A stretch of DNA of 64,000 bases from an uncultured Bacteroidia bacterium (GTDB lineage Bacteria; Bacteroidota; Bacteroidia; Bacteroidales; ML635J-15). Where the stretch lies: assembly GCA_902776565.1 (NCBI GenBank), contig CACYQN010000007.1, positions 105-64,104 on the forward strand. The letters are read 5' to 3'. Shown here one piece after another: positions 16,174-27,114 of the stretch (the first letter of the stretch is position 1; each line of letters opens with the position of its first letter). The notes beneath the pieces were generated by a model that saw only the letters and a list, made by a program, of their open reading frames with translations, was not told the origin of the DNA and did no database searches. Position numbers and translations under genes: made by a program.

Positions 16174-16269
16174 GGGTAAGCTACTTATATCGCACCGCTA
16201 CAACCTCCTACCTTTGCTTTCTTCCGAACCTGGAGGATTCAGAGGGAGCTGGTCGTATAAGACTTACCC
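16174..16269 (-). ncRNA. ffs: Signal recognition particle RNA (small 4.5S type)
   Basis: The minus strand reads GGGUAAGUCUUAUACGACCAGCUCCCUCUGAAUCCUCCAGGUUCGGAAGAAAGCAAAGGUAGGAGGUUGUAGCGGUGCGAUAUAAGUAGCUUACCC. The ends pair (GGGUAAG/CUUACCC and CUUAUA/UAUAAG). CCUCC pairs with GGAGG. The apical UUC-GGAA-GAA tetraloop hairpin with AGG / AGCA internal-loop residues resembles domain IV of E. coli 4.5S RNA (..GGUCCGGAAGGAAGCAGCCAAGG..). Confidence 0.8.
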
Positions 16270-16341
16270 GCTGCAAAAGTAATACATTTTTTGCAAAGCC
16301 AAGAAAGAAATTTATTTTTTTGCGCGAATACTTTAAAATGA

Positions 16342-16349
16342 TACCTTTG
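16342..16349 (+). promoter_or_regulatory. Candidate -7 box TACCTTTG for pyrC
   Basis: It fits TAnnTTTG and lies 19 nt upstream of ATG 16368. Confidence 0.5.
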
Positions 16350-16367
16350 CCATAGAAAAACACTGCA

Positions 16368-17705
16368 ATGAAAACACTCATAAAGAACGCAATTGTTGTA
16401 AACGAAGGTCGCTGCGAACAACTTGACGTGGTGCTGAACAACGAATATATAGAAGACATTTTCCCTTCTGGTCACATTGAAGGACAATACGACAAAACCA
16501 TTGACGCTCAAGGTCTTTACCTTCTGCCAGGTATTATCGACGACCAAGTGCATTTCCGCCAGCCCGGTGCCACACACAAGGCCGACATACATTCCGAATC
16601 GCGCGCTGCCGTCGCTGGAGGAGTAACCTCGTATATGGAAATGCCAAACACAAATCCTCCGACCACAAATGCCGACCTGCTGAACGAAAAATTCAACATT
16701 GCTGCCGAAAACTCGATGGCAAACTACTCGTTTTTCATCGGTGCAACGGAAGGAAATGCCGATGACATTGCAAAAATCGGCACCACAGAAGTTGCTGGCG
16801 TAAAACTTTTCCTCGGCTCATCAACGGGCAACCTGCTTGTAAAAGACAAGAATGCCATTGAAAAAATAATGCAGGTCTCCCCTACCATCATCGCCGCACA
16901 CTGCGAGGACGACGGCATTATTGCTGAAAACCTAAGCAGAATGAAAGAAATTTATGGTGATGACATCCCAATGGAAAAGCACTGTGAAATCCGCAATGCC
17001 GAAGCCTGCTACAAGTCGAGCAGCGAAGCGGCAGAAATAGCGGAACGCACTGGCGCACACTTGCATATCTTCCACATCAGCACAGAAAAAGAACTTGCAT
17101 TGTTGTCCGACAAGCCATTGGAAGACAAGAAAATAACCGCCGAAGTGTGCGTTCATCATCTTTTCTTCAACAGCGACGACTACCAAAAACTCGGTGCGCG
17201 AATAAAGTGGAATCCTTCAGTAAAGTACGAATCTGACCGTCTTGCTCTCATCCAAGCCTTGAAGGACGGCAAAATCGATGTTGTTGCCACCGACCACGCA
17301 CCGCACGCTTGGGAAGAAAAATGCGCGCCTTATACAAAATGCCCGTCGGGCGCACCAATGGTTCAGCATTCGCTACAAGTTATGATTGAACTTGCAAAAC
17401 GTGGATACTTCGGCATTGAGGACATTGTAAAGTGGATGTGCCACAACCCTGCACGTCTATACAAGATTGACCGCCGCGGATACATTCGCAAAGGCTACTT
17501 CGCCGACCTCGTGCTTGTTGACTTAAACGCAAATTACACTGTTTCAAAAGAAAACATCCTCTACAAATGCAAATGGTCGCCATTGGAAGGCTACACGCTC
17601 AACTCGAAGATTGTATCAACTTTCGTAAACGGCAAGACTGTTTTCGACAATGGCAAGATTATTGAAGGCAACAAATCATCAATGAAACTGAAATTTAACA
17701 GATAA
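16368..17705 (+). CDS. pyrC: Dihydroorotase (long, type I amidohydrolase)
   Basis: A 445-aa ORF with the metal-binding motifs DDQVHFRQPG and VATDHAPH. Confidence 0.85.
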   Translation: MKTLIKNAIVVNEGRCEQLDVVLNNEYIEDIFPSGHIEGQYDKTIDAQGLYLLPGIIDDQVHFRQPGATHKADIHSESRAAVAGGVTSYMEMPNTNPPTTNADLLNEKFNIAAENSMANYSFFIGATEGNADDIAKIGTTEVAGVKLFLGSSTGNLLVKDKNAIEKIMQVSPTIIAAHCEDDGIIAENLSRMKEIYGDDIPMEKHCEIRNAEACYKSSSEAAEIAERTGAHLHIFHISTEKELALLSDKPLEDKKITAEVCVHHLFFNSDDYQKLGARIKWNPSVKYESDRLALIQALKDGKIDVVATDHAPHAWEEKCAPYTKCPSGAPMVQHSLQVMIELAKRGYFGIEDIVKWMCHNPARLYKIDRRGYIRKGYFADLVLVDLNANYTVSKENILYKCKWSPLEGYTLNSKIVSTFVNGKTVFDNGKIIEGNKSSMKLKFNR

Positions 17706-17709
17706 GACT

Positions 17710-18219
17710 ATGGAAAAGAAACTTATGATTATCGCACTGGCATTCGTACTTGGTTCATTCAGTGCATTTTCGCAACTCAACAGAACCATCAACGACAATG
17801 GCAAGGATATACTTTACGGCTACTGCACCCGCGAAGCCCTCGAAAGCAATGGCGACGGCTGGTTCAAGACCGAATACAACTCATACACCGTAAAAACAGA
17901 AACATTCAATTTCGAATTGCCGGAAAAATTCGACAGCGTACAGGTTTTCATGGGAACTTGGGAAAGCAATTCAAGACGCGAAGTTCCGCGGTTCTGCAAA
18001 ATTTTCGACCTCGACTATTTCAAGGATATTCCTGTCACATTCATCTGCCTCGACAGCAAAATTACGGTAGATGTGCTCAATGTAGATGATTACTATGTTC
18101 AATTTCTCCCTGCAATTGTCTTCTACAAGAAAGGTGAGGAACTTTGCAGATTTCTTGAACAGCCGAGAACGGAATCCATGGAATCGGACATTATGGACTT
18201 GATGGAAAGGATGCAGTAA
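17710..18219 (+). CDS. Exported thioredoxin-fold protein lacking redox cysteines
   Basis: A 169-aa ORF with a signal peptide. The segment VQVFMGTWESNSRREVPRF sits where related thioredoxin-family proteins carry W-C-x-x-[CS], from memory. Confidence 0.5.
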   Translation: MEKKLMIIALAFVLGSFSAFSQLNRTINDNGKDILYGYCTREALESNGDGWFKTEYNSYTVKTETFNFELPEKFDSVQVFMGTWESNSRREVPRFCKIFDLDYFKDIPVTFICLDSKITVDVLNVDDYYVQFLPAIVFYKKGEELCRFLEQPRTESMESDIMDLMERMQ

Positions 18220-18223
18220 ACTT

Positions 18224-20362
18224 TCACTTCCCTTCCGTCACGACCTCTCCGCCATCAACAAACATTCCGCTTTTCGACCTTAGAATAAGTTTTGCACCAC
18301 TGCCAACAATTAATTTCCCTCGCACGACAAGCCGAGAGGTTCGGTCAACTTTAAGTTTCGACTTGGGCTCCATACGGTAAACACAGCCAGCCTCTATCAC
18401 AAGTGTACTTCTTTCCTCAACATTCACAATACTGCCCGTTTCCTGCACGAACTCGGAACCAGTTTCGCAAGTAAACACAGTAGGCTTTGCAAACAGTCCC
18501 GTAATACTATCGCGCATAGGCTGGGCAACCGTTAGGTTCTGCCTAAGCCAAATTTCCATCTTTGGTGCGAGAACAGCCTTTTCCTTCAACGAAATGCTAC
18601 CTGTCCAGATGGCGTTGTTTGCAATAGTGTAATCGTCCCAGCGCACATCAATGCGATAACAGCCATCATCGAGCGGGGTTATTTCAATGCCTAGACCTGT
18701 GAGATATGTTGTCTGTGTATTGCGCGAAAGGTGAGCAGAATACGAGCATCGTCCAGTTGTCATTGAGTTGTAGAATATCTTTGTGTTACAAGTACTTGGA
18801 TTAGTTCCCATATTAAGTTTCGTATGCGTGCTGAACATATCGCGGGCATCACCACTCGACGCAAGGCTATCAATGTCGGTATGATTTATACTCTTGCGCC
18901 ACAAAGGTATTTCATTTGACGAAGAAACAATCTGCACTTCATCAGGAATTAAAAACTGCCTTTCCAAATCATGAGAACCACAGAAAGGATTTTCGTCATC
19001 GCGACTATGGTAATAATTATGCTTCGACCAATTTATGCACATCATATTATACTCAGAATCAGCAACATGATAAGCATAATTCCAGTATCCCTCGGCAGGG
19101 ATTATCTTTAGATTGTCGCGTTCGTTGGAAGCATAAACGTCAATTTCCTTACCGCTAAGCACATCGCGACCCACCTGATAGTAGGCATACACGCCAGCCA
19201 CTTTATTGGGACGGCAATCGCTCTCGTTGGAAAACTGCAAGAAATCAAGCTTATTGTTTCTGCCCGACTGATGGTTTTCGAGCCAGATGTACTGGTTCGA
19301 CGATTTCTCACTATCCTTGTAAGGAAGCTTTATCCGCACTGCATCTCCGTAAGTCACAAAATCGCGAAGAATGAAAGTTTGCGCACCATCATCCTTTGAT
19401 ATGTCGGCACTTACAGGAGCATCATTTACATCACGGGCTACTATCCACCAATTGTTGCTGTTCCGATTGCTTTCGTGAATCCAATGCATACGCCAACGCT
19501 CGTAGCCGTTACACGACACCAAGGTAGAACCAGAACCGCCCATAAGCCCATAGCCTCCTTGCAATGGCAGAAACGGCATGTACTCCGACGAATGACGATG
19601 ATTTCCCCCAGATGTATGAAAAGAATTCGGACCAAAGAACGAATGAGAAATCTCGTGCTGGACTATGCCTGTTGGATTATTAGAAACATCATGAGTTCCA
19701 ACACATTGTGCAGTACCTATACCAGAAAAAGAATAATAAGAACCATTCATCAGCAACTTTTGCCCACTCAACATCGAAGTGGAAAAATAGCCGCTACCTG
19801 GACTATCTCCGCCATACTCCCTTGTGATATTTCGGAAGAAAAACTGAATAAAACCTATTTTGCCAGAACCGTTATCATAGTATGAAATATCGTTGTGACC
19901 ATACATTGTCTGCAAACCACCCTGCTCATTTATAAAATCGACAGCTGCCTTTTCGATATTGCTTTCGTTGAAATTTCCATAACGAAGCACCCTGCTCTCC
20001 TTGATATTCACGATGACAAAATCGCCTGTAATCTGCAATTCATCAAACGACGACTCACCATAAAGTCTTGTAATACAACCATATAAATTATTCGAGTTAT
20101 ATGCAGTATCCATTAGGCGAAGCAGATAGTCGGGAGGATTCTGGTTGAGGCTTTCAAGCAAAACCATATTCCAATGGTTTGTCTTCGCAAATGGCTTTTC
20201 CTTTTCGGGATGCACATCGTAAATGATGTTTACAAAAAAGTTAAGCATACGGATTTCGCCACGAGGCTTCACACGCCAGCCATCCCAGCTGTTTTTCTGC
20301 GCAAACACAAAAAAAACGGACAGAATCAACAATATCGACAGCAGAATCCTTTTAAAAATCAT
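18224..20362 (-). CDS. Large secreted protein with an HExxH zinc-metalloprotease motif, family unassigned
   Basis: The track start at 20371 is a TTG, so I prefer ATG 20362 (MIFKRILLSILLILSVFFVFAQ is the signal peptide). The motif GIVQHEISHSFFGPNSFH is present. Confidence 0.55.
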   Translation of the reverse strand: MIFKRILLSILLILSVFFVFAQKNSWDGWRVKPRGEIRMLNFFVNIIYDVHPEKEKPFAKTNHWNMVLLESLNQNPPDYLLRLMDTAYNSNNLYGCITRLYGESSFDELQITGDFVIVNIKESRVLRYGNFNESNIEKAAVDFINEQGGLQTMYGHNDISYYDNGSGKIGFIQFFFRNITREYGGDSPGSGYFSTSMLSGQKLLMNGSYYSFSGIGTAQCVGTHDVSNNPTGIVQHEISHSFFGPNSFHTSGGNHRHSSEYMPFLPLQGGYGLMGGSGSTLVSCNGYERWRMHWIHESNRNSNNWWIVARDVNDAPVSADISKDDGAQTFILRDFVTYGDAVRIKLPYKDSEKSSNQYIWLENHQSGRNNKLDFLQFSNESDCRPNKVAGVYAYYQVGRDVLSGKEIDVYASNERDNLKIIPAEGYWNYAYHVADSEYNMMCINWSKHNYYHSRDDENPFCGSHDLERQFLIPDEVQIVSSSNEIPLWRKSINHTDIDSLASSGDARDMFSTHTKLNMGTNPSTCNTKIFYNSMTTGRCSYSAHLSRNTQTTYLTGLGIEITPLDDGCYRIDVRWDDYTIANNAIWTGSISLKEKAVLAPKMEIWLRQNLTVAQPMRDSITGLFAKPTVFTCETGSEFVQETGSIVNVEERSTLVIEAGCVYRMEPKSKLKVDRTSRLVVRGKLIVGSGAKLILRSKSGMFVDGGEVVTEGK

Positions 20363-20393
20363 AATCAACAAGTTACAAAAGCATCAACTGCTA

Positions 20394-21455
20394 TTATCCT
20401 TGCCATTCTTTATTCTTGATTAAATTATATTTTCTACTTTTGATAATTTCTGGTGTTTCATCTATTGAAGGAAACTCTTTTGATAGCTCTATTCGCATTT
20501 TAGAAAGTAAAATATCACCTAAAACATTTGAATACTTCCCTCTCAATGCTTTTTCATACCAATTTACCAAATCATTTTCCGTAACTACACTTTGAATTCT
20601 ACTTTTCCATCCAATTTGATTAAGCAAAGAAACTATAACACCTTTTTCTGCATCTTTGCATACAATCACAATACGATCACTTGAAATGCTTGTAACTATT
20701 GACTCTGCCAATTCCTCATCTAAAGACAAATGCTTTATCTGAATAGCAGGGCCCCAATTTGAATACATATCCAAGCCTCTGTCTGCTGCATTCGTAACAC
20801 CGACTCTATAAACCCTAGCTCTCTGTTTAAATTTATGAACACGAGAATCAATACACATTACCATCTTAGCAAAATCTTGAAATTCGGAAAGTATTTCTAA
20901 TTTCGAAGACTCAACAGAAATCTCGACTTGTAAGTTCAAAGACTCAACAATAGTAGAAAAAAGCGAGAACACTATAACCTCATATACTTTATCAAGACTT
21001 CTTTTCAATCCAGGTTCTTGCCAAAACGCATTAATGAACGTCTTTACATCAAAGCTTTCTGCTGTTGATTTATTGCATATATCCAATGCTTCTGACAATT
21101 GATTATGCTTTTTAATAAATCTATTATATATGTATGCCTCAACAGCACCTTTGGTCCTTTTATTTTCCAATGCCAGAATTTTTATCAATCGTGGTGGAAC
21201 TGCATTTTCATTGAACAAGTCATCTTGGAATCGTGCACTGCTTGTACAAACTCTACCTAAAAGTACTTTTGTTATATCATCTCTCCATTTCTTGCTTTGG
21301 GTCCGATAGCTTTCCATATCATCCATATCAATATCATTGTAAACACGATGATGATAAAGAATTTCTCCTATTTGTATTGGTTTGTACAAATGTACTCTAG
21401 ATTTCTTTATGATTGTGTCAAGAGCTTTTTTTGCTTCTATAACTTCATTTCTCAT
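20394..21455 (-). CDS. Putative type II restriction endonuclease, partner of the adjacent C5-methyltransferase
   Basis: A 353-aa ORF that overlaps the methyltransferase stop by 4 nt (21452-21455). It is AT-rich like the methyltransferase gene. There are no ATPase or methylase motifs. The assignment rests on context. I suspect HaeII-family similarity but have not verified it. Confidence 0.6.
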   Translation of the reverse strand: MRNEVIEAKKALDTIIKKSRVHLYKPIQIGEILYHHRVYNDIDMDDMESYRTQSKKWRDDITKVLLGRVCTSSARFQDDLFNENAVPPRLIKILALENKRTKGAVEAYIYNRFIKKHNQLSEALDICNKSTAESFDVKTFINAFWQEPGLKRSLDKVYEVIVFSLFSTIVESLNLQVEISVESSKLEILSEFQDFAKMVMCIDSRVHKFKQRARVYRVGVTNAADRGLDMYSNWGPAIQIKHLSLDEELAESIVTSISSDRIVIVCKDAEKGVIVSLLNQIGWKSRIQSVVTENDLVNWYEKALRGKYSNVLGDILLSKMRIELSKEFPSIDETPEIIKSRKYNLIKNKEWQG

Positions 21456-22402
21456 ACCGACATTTTTTTACTTTCTTCATATGTTTTCAATGCAAATAAC
21501 ATTTGTCGTGCAACAGCTTCAATAACAGGGACAGCAACAGAATTGCCACATTGATGCTTTATTTGTCCATATGATACAACTATCTTGAAATCTTCGGGAA
21601 AACCTTGCAATCTTAGCATCTCTCTTTCTGTAGGTCGTCTTTCATCGTTTATCAAGATATAGTTGGACGATGCTCCAGCCCTCAAGCATGATGAATATGG
21701 ATGAGGCGTAATACTTCCTGCCATATTTTCATGCGAAATATATGGTTTGGGGTAATTCGGATCCTTTAATCGCATCAGCCTTGATTCTCTTATTTTGTCT
21801 CGAACATAATATTTTTCATCAACATTCTGTTCAAGTATATCTTTCAAGGTTTTTCTCTGCCAAGTCGGAACTGGTTCTGGGAAACTAAAGAAAACATTAT
21901 CAATAAAACCTACGATTATGATTCTTTCTCTTTTTTGAGGGACTCCATAATCCAAAGCATTCATAACCTTAGCATATACAGAATATCCTAATGCTTCCAA
22001 ATGTTTCCGTATTACAAGAAAAGTATTACCATTGTCATGAGCAGCTAGGTTGCGGACATTTTCCAGCATAAATGCCTTTGGTTTCTTTTCTTTCAAGATT
22101 CTTTCAATGTCAAAAAATAATGTACCACAAGTTTCATTGCCAAACCCCTCTTTCTTTCCAATTATTGAAAATGCTTGACAAGGAAAACCGCCAAGCAATA
22201 TATCAAAATCAGGAATATCCTTTGCATCAATTTTTGTTATATCTCCAAAAGGATGTTCACCAAAATTTGCTTCGTATGTCTTGCAGGCTTCTTCATCATA
22301 CTCAGAAGAAAAAACGCATTGCCCTCCAACAGATTCAAAACCTAGCCTGATTCCACCAATTCCTGCAAACAAATCTATAAACTTAAAGCTACTCCAATCC
22401 AT
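21452..22402 (-). CDS. DNA (cytosine-5)-methyltransferase, M.HhaI-like in its conserved blocks
   Basis: A 316-aa ORF. Motif I is FIDLFAGIGGIRLGF, motif IV is GGFPCQAFS, motif VI is ENV and motif X is QCGNSVAVPV. The N-terminal half closely parallels M.HhaI as I remember it. The target-recognition region differs. Confidence 0.9.
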   Translation of the reverse strand: MDWSSFKFIDLFAGIGGIRLGFESVGGQCVFSSEYDEEACKTYEANFGEHPFGDITKIDAKDIPDFDILLGGFPCQAFSIIGKKEGFGNETCGTLFFDIERILKEKKPKAFMLENVRNLAAHDNGNTFLVIRKHLEALGYSVYAKVMNALDYGVPQKRERIIIVGFIDNVFFSFPEPVPTWQRKTLKDILEQNVDEKYYVRDKIRESRLMRLKDPNYPKPYISHENMAGSITPHPYSSCLRAGASSNYILINDERRPTEREMLRLQGFPEDFKIVVSYGQIKHQCGNSVAVPVIEAVARQMLFALKTYEESKKMSV

Positions 22403-22587
22403 AAATTTATTAGTAATAATTATAATCAGTATTAACTCGCATTGATATAAAATGCAAAGTTACACATTTTTAAAATTATTTGAATATTAGAACAATCATT
22501 TTTATGCTACGAGGATATTGTCCTATATGTGTAACAAATCTCCTTTTATTATAAATGATAATTATCAGTTGCTTTTCTATCTCATAA

Positions 22588-23130
22588 TCAATACGCTGCA
22601 AAACTTTCGTCGTCGAGCCAAGTCTTCTGCGCACGCATAACCTGCTCGATTACATCGCGCACACAACCTTCGCCGCCTTTCTTGTCGGAAACATAGAGGG
22701 CAATCTCCTTAATCTCGTCGGCAGCATCGCTTGGACAGCATGGCAAACCAACAATCTTCATAATCTGGTAGTCGGGAATGTCGTCGCCCATATACAGGAT
22801 TTCCTCGTTGCGAAGGTTGTACTTCTTCTTCAGCATTTCCAAATCCTCGGTCTTCCACACACTGCCCATAATCACTTCCTCCACGCCGAGATTCTTGTAG
22901 CGAATCATTGTCTTTTCGCAAAAACCGCCAGAAATTATCGCTACTACAAGTCCTTTTCGCACAGCACATTTTATTGCAAAACCATCCTTTACGCTGGTTG
23001 TTCGCTGCAAGTAGCCAATCTCGTTTATATTTACTGTCGATGACGACAAAACACCGTCAATATCAAAGACCACAGCCTTGATGTTCGACAATATCTCCTT
23101 GAAATTCAACGTTTCCAGATTTCTATTCAT
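22588..23130 (-). CDS. kdsC: 3-deoxy-D-manno-octulosonate 8-phosphate phosphatase (HAD-IIIA)
   Basis: A 180-aa ORF with the motifs VVFDIDGVLS, YMGDDIPD and a KdsC-like tail (GGEGCVRDVIEQV). Confidence 0.8.
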   Translation of the reverse strand: MNRNLETLNFKEILSNIKAVVFDIDGVLSSSTVNINEIGYLQRTTSVKDGFAIKCAVRKGLVVAIISGGFCEKTMIRYKNLGVEEVIMGSVWKTEDLEMLKKKYNLRNEEILYMGDDIPDYQIMKIVGLPCCPSDAADEIKEIALYVSDKKGGEGCVRDVIEQVMRAQKTWLDDESFAAY

Positions 23131-23900
23131 TTGTTATATGTTTTTAGGATGCTTTCGCTCATAATCTTGTAAACATCGGCAAGATTTTCATCAGAAGCGA
23201 GCATATCTATATGTGAATCAATAATTTTTCTATCTCCACGCACGGCAGGTCCCGTCTGCGACGAATAGGCACCGCCAGCAAGAATCTTGGCAAAACTCTG
23301 CTTCAACAATGGCGTTAATATATTAATAGGTATATTGTTTTCCTGCAAAAGTTTCTGTCCGAGGCAAACGCTATGGTTCATAAAATTGGCTGCGAAAACG
23401 CCGGCAACGTGCAAGACTTTGCGCTGCTCGAACGACAATTCGTAAATGAGCGGACTGATTTTTTCGGCAAGGCAACGCACCTCGTGAAACGTATCTGCAT
23501 TGGAAGTCTCGATGCAAACAGGGATTTCGCTGAAATTACCAATCTTCACATCGCGCGAAAAAGTCTGGAACGGATACATCACCGCAGCGTTCTTCTGCCT
23601 AAATATCTCTTTGGGGAGACTTCCCGAAGTGTGTATGCAGATTTTTTCGTCAGGAAGGCTTATTTGAGCGGCAATGCTGGCATTTGCCTCGTCCGACATC
23701 ATGAACAGGTAAGCATCGGATTTTGATGAGATTTGGAACAAATCATCGGTGAAAACAGCATTTACCTCATCGGCCAGCGATTGTCCAGTATCGTGATTTC
23801 GACTGAACACGCAGTCGATAACGAAGTCTTCGGCACGAAGTTTCCGCGCGATATGATAGGCGACGTTGCCCGAACCGAGTATTGAAATATGTTTTATCAT
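23127..23900 (-). CDS. Rossmann-fold DUF2520-type putative oxidoreductase
   Basis: I prefer ATG 23900 (MIKHISILGSGNVAYHIARKL is the dinucleotide-binding motif). The track start at 24038 would run through the atpC terminator hairpin. Confidence 0.65.
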   Translation of the reverse strand: MIKHISILGSGNVAYHIARKLRAEDFVIDCVFSRNHDTGQSLADEVNAVFTDDLFQISSKSDAYLFMMSDEANASIAAQISLPDEKICIHTSGSLPKEIFRQKNAAVMYPFQTFSRDVKIGNFSEIPVCIETSNADTFHEVRCLAEKISPLIYELSFEQRKVLHVAGVFAANFMNHSVCLGQKLLQENNIPINILTPLLKQSFAKILAGGAYSSQTGPAVRGDRKIIDSHIDMLASDENLADVYKIMSESILKTYNK

Positions 23901-24036
23901 AAAATTATCGCTGGATGAGACGCATCGAACCGCGGTCCTATAACACTTTTTATAATCACATTCGACCTTTCGATACTTCGATAGGCTCAGTATGCGAATC
24001 AAGGTGCGAAACGATACATCTTTAGTAATGACAAAC

Positions 24037-24069
24037 AAAAAGGAAACCCCTTTACGAAGTTTCCTTTTT
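24037..24069 (-). terminator. Intrinsic terminator after atpC
   Basis: AAAAAGGAAAC (24037-24047) pairs with GTTTCCTTTTT (24059-69). On the minus-strand RNA the stem is followed by UUUUUGUUUG. Confidence 0.65.
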
Positions 24070-24086
24070 TTAGTTAATAAATCATA

Positions 24087-24326
24087 TTATTCTTCAACGA
24101 GAATAACAATCTTATTGTTCTTGCATTCTACAAGGCCGCCGTTGACGCTGAACTTCAGTTCATTATCATTCATTTCCCTGATAACGACCTCACCCTTGTC
24201 CAATGTCGAAACGATTGGAGCGTGCATGTTCAGCATCTGGAATGAGCCTTTTGCCCCAGGCACCTTAACCATTGAGGTTTCGCCTTCGAACAACTTTTTT
24301 TCAGGTGTGATAATTTCTACTGTCAT
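24087..24326 (-). CDS. atpC: F0F1 ATP synthase subunit epsilon
   Basis: A 79-aa ORF, MTVEIITPEKKLFEGETSMVKVPGAKGSFQMLNMHAP, lying 8 nt downstream of atpD. Confidence 0.85.
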   Translation of the reverse strand: MTVEIITPEKKLFEGETSMVKVPGAKGSFQMLNMHAPIVSTLDKGEVVIREMNDNELKFSVNGGLVECKNNKIVILVEE

Positions 24327-24334
24327 AGCAACTG

Positions 24335-25920
<1,586 letters not shown>

Positions 25921-26027
25921 TCAAAACAAAGACACAAAGCAACACTTAATACCTATTTATAAAAATCGCAGGAAACAAAATGTTTTCCTGCGACCAAAGT
26001 TATGAAAAAAAAATGTGGGCTAAAAAA

Positions 26028-26972
26028 CTATTCCTTTATCGCCTTGAAGCCATTTCCGAGAATCTCGTTGCTGTCGATTACATTGATAAAGGCGTTGGGG
26101 TCGATGTCGTAAATCTGCTCCTTGAGATGAGTGAACTCACGTCGCGAAACTGTGGTATAAATAAAATTGCGTTCCTTGCCGTTGTACATTCCTATGCCCT
26201 TCATGCAAGTACCGCCACGCTCGAGGTCGTTGATAATCATCTGACGAACTTCCTCATACTTGTCGCTCACGATAAATATTGTCTTGTAGCTCTTGACACC
26301 TTCTACCACAATGTCGATGACCTTGCTCTCGATGAAGATAAGGATTATGGAGTAGATTGGCAGACGGAAGTCGCCGAGCGAAAGCGAAGTGAGCGTAATG
26401 CAGCTATCAACGATAAGCACCAAAGTTCCAAGCGAAATCTTGGTGTACTTGTGCAAAATCATAGAGATAATGTCGCTTCCGCCAGATGTTGCCCCCGACT
26501 TGAAGACCAAACCGATTGCTAGACCATAAATTATACCTGCCACAACTGTGTTAAGAAAATAGTCGGGAATGAACCAGCCGCCGTTGTTGGCGATTTCCAC
26601 CATGTTAACCCCGTCGATTGGAGCAGACATTATAGGACCATCGTGGATTATTGGCGAATAGCCCCAGAACATTTCCAACAGGAAGGTGAAGCAGAATATC
26701 AGTATCGTCGATACAATTGTCTTAACTCCGAACTTAGGACCGAGAATCAGCGTACCTATTATAAGTAATGGTATATCCATGCAAATTGCGTACAAGCTTA
26801 TCTTCCACGGCCAGATGGCATTCAGCACGTTCGACAAACCGTATGTTCCGCCCGGCGCCATAAGGTAAGGGTTGACAAACATAACATCACCTACTGCAAA
26901 CAACAGGCTGCCGATGAAAACCAAAAAGTAGGAAAAGAACCACTGTTTCGAAAATATCTTTTCTTTAGTCAT
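26028..26972 (-). CDS. YitT family membrane protein (with a DUF2179 C-terminal domain)
   Basis: A 314-aa ORF with a polytopic N-terminal half and a C-terminal segment IFIVSDKYEEVRQMIINDLERGGTCMKGIGMY typical of YitT. Confidence 0.8.
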   Translation of the reverse strand: MTKEKIFSKQWFFSYFLVFIGSLLFAVGDVMFVNPYLMAPGGTYGLSNVLNAIWPWKISLYAICMDIPLLIIGTLILGPKFGVKTIVSTILIFCFTFLLEMFWGYSPIIHDGPIMSAPIDGVNMVEIANNGGWFIPDYFLNTVVAGIIYGLAIGLVFKSGATSGGSDIISMILHKYTKISLGTLVLIVDSCITLTSLSLGDFRLPIYSIILIFIESKVIDIVVEGVKSYKTIFIVSDKYEEVRQMIINDLERGGTCMKGIGMYNGKERNFIYTTVSRREFTHLKEQIYDIDPNAFINVIDSNEILGNGFKAIKE

Positions 26973-27114
26973 TTTGTAAAATATTTAGAATCAATTGATT
27001 ATATTAACAAATACATTAAATTTTTGCGAGCGCAAAAGTAATAATTTGTTTTGTAAATTCAAAAGACTTATACATCCATATTTTTGCTCCTCCGTCTATG
27101 CTCAACATACGAGA

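Noticed and set aside
16208-16592. Two minus-strand ORFs (83 and 117 aa) between the response-regulator gene and pyrC
   Set aside because: They overlap the SRP RNA gene, the pyrC promoter and the pyrC 5' coding region. They contain no motifs.
23901-24038. N-terminal extensions suggested by the ORF track (24038 for DUF2520, 25860 for atpD, 37696 for PKD2, 40544 for the methyltransferase, 43208 for the phosphoesterase, 49753 for TIGR04076, plus 13721, 16009 and 20371)
   Set aside because: The track uses the most upstream ATG, GTG or TTG. These extensions overlap upstream genes or terminators, use TTG or GTG, or precede an obvious signal peptide, Rossmann motif or family N-terminus that starts at an internal ATG.
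27022-27037. The palindrome TTTTGCGAGCGCAAAA as a terminator for PKD paralog 1
   Set aside because: It allows only a 6-bp AT-rich stem once a viable loop is allowed, and it lies 78 nt from the stop. That is too weak to call.
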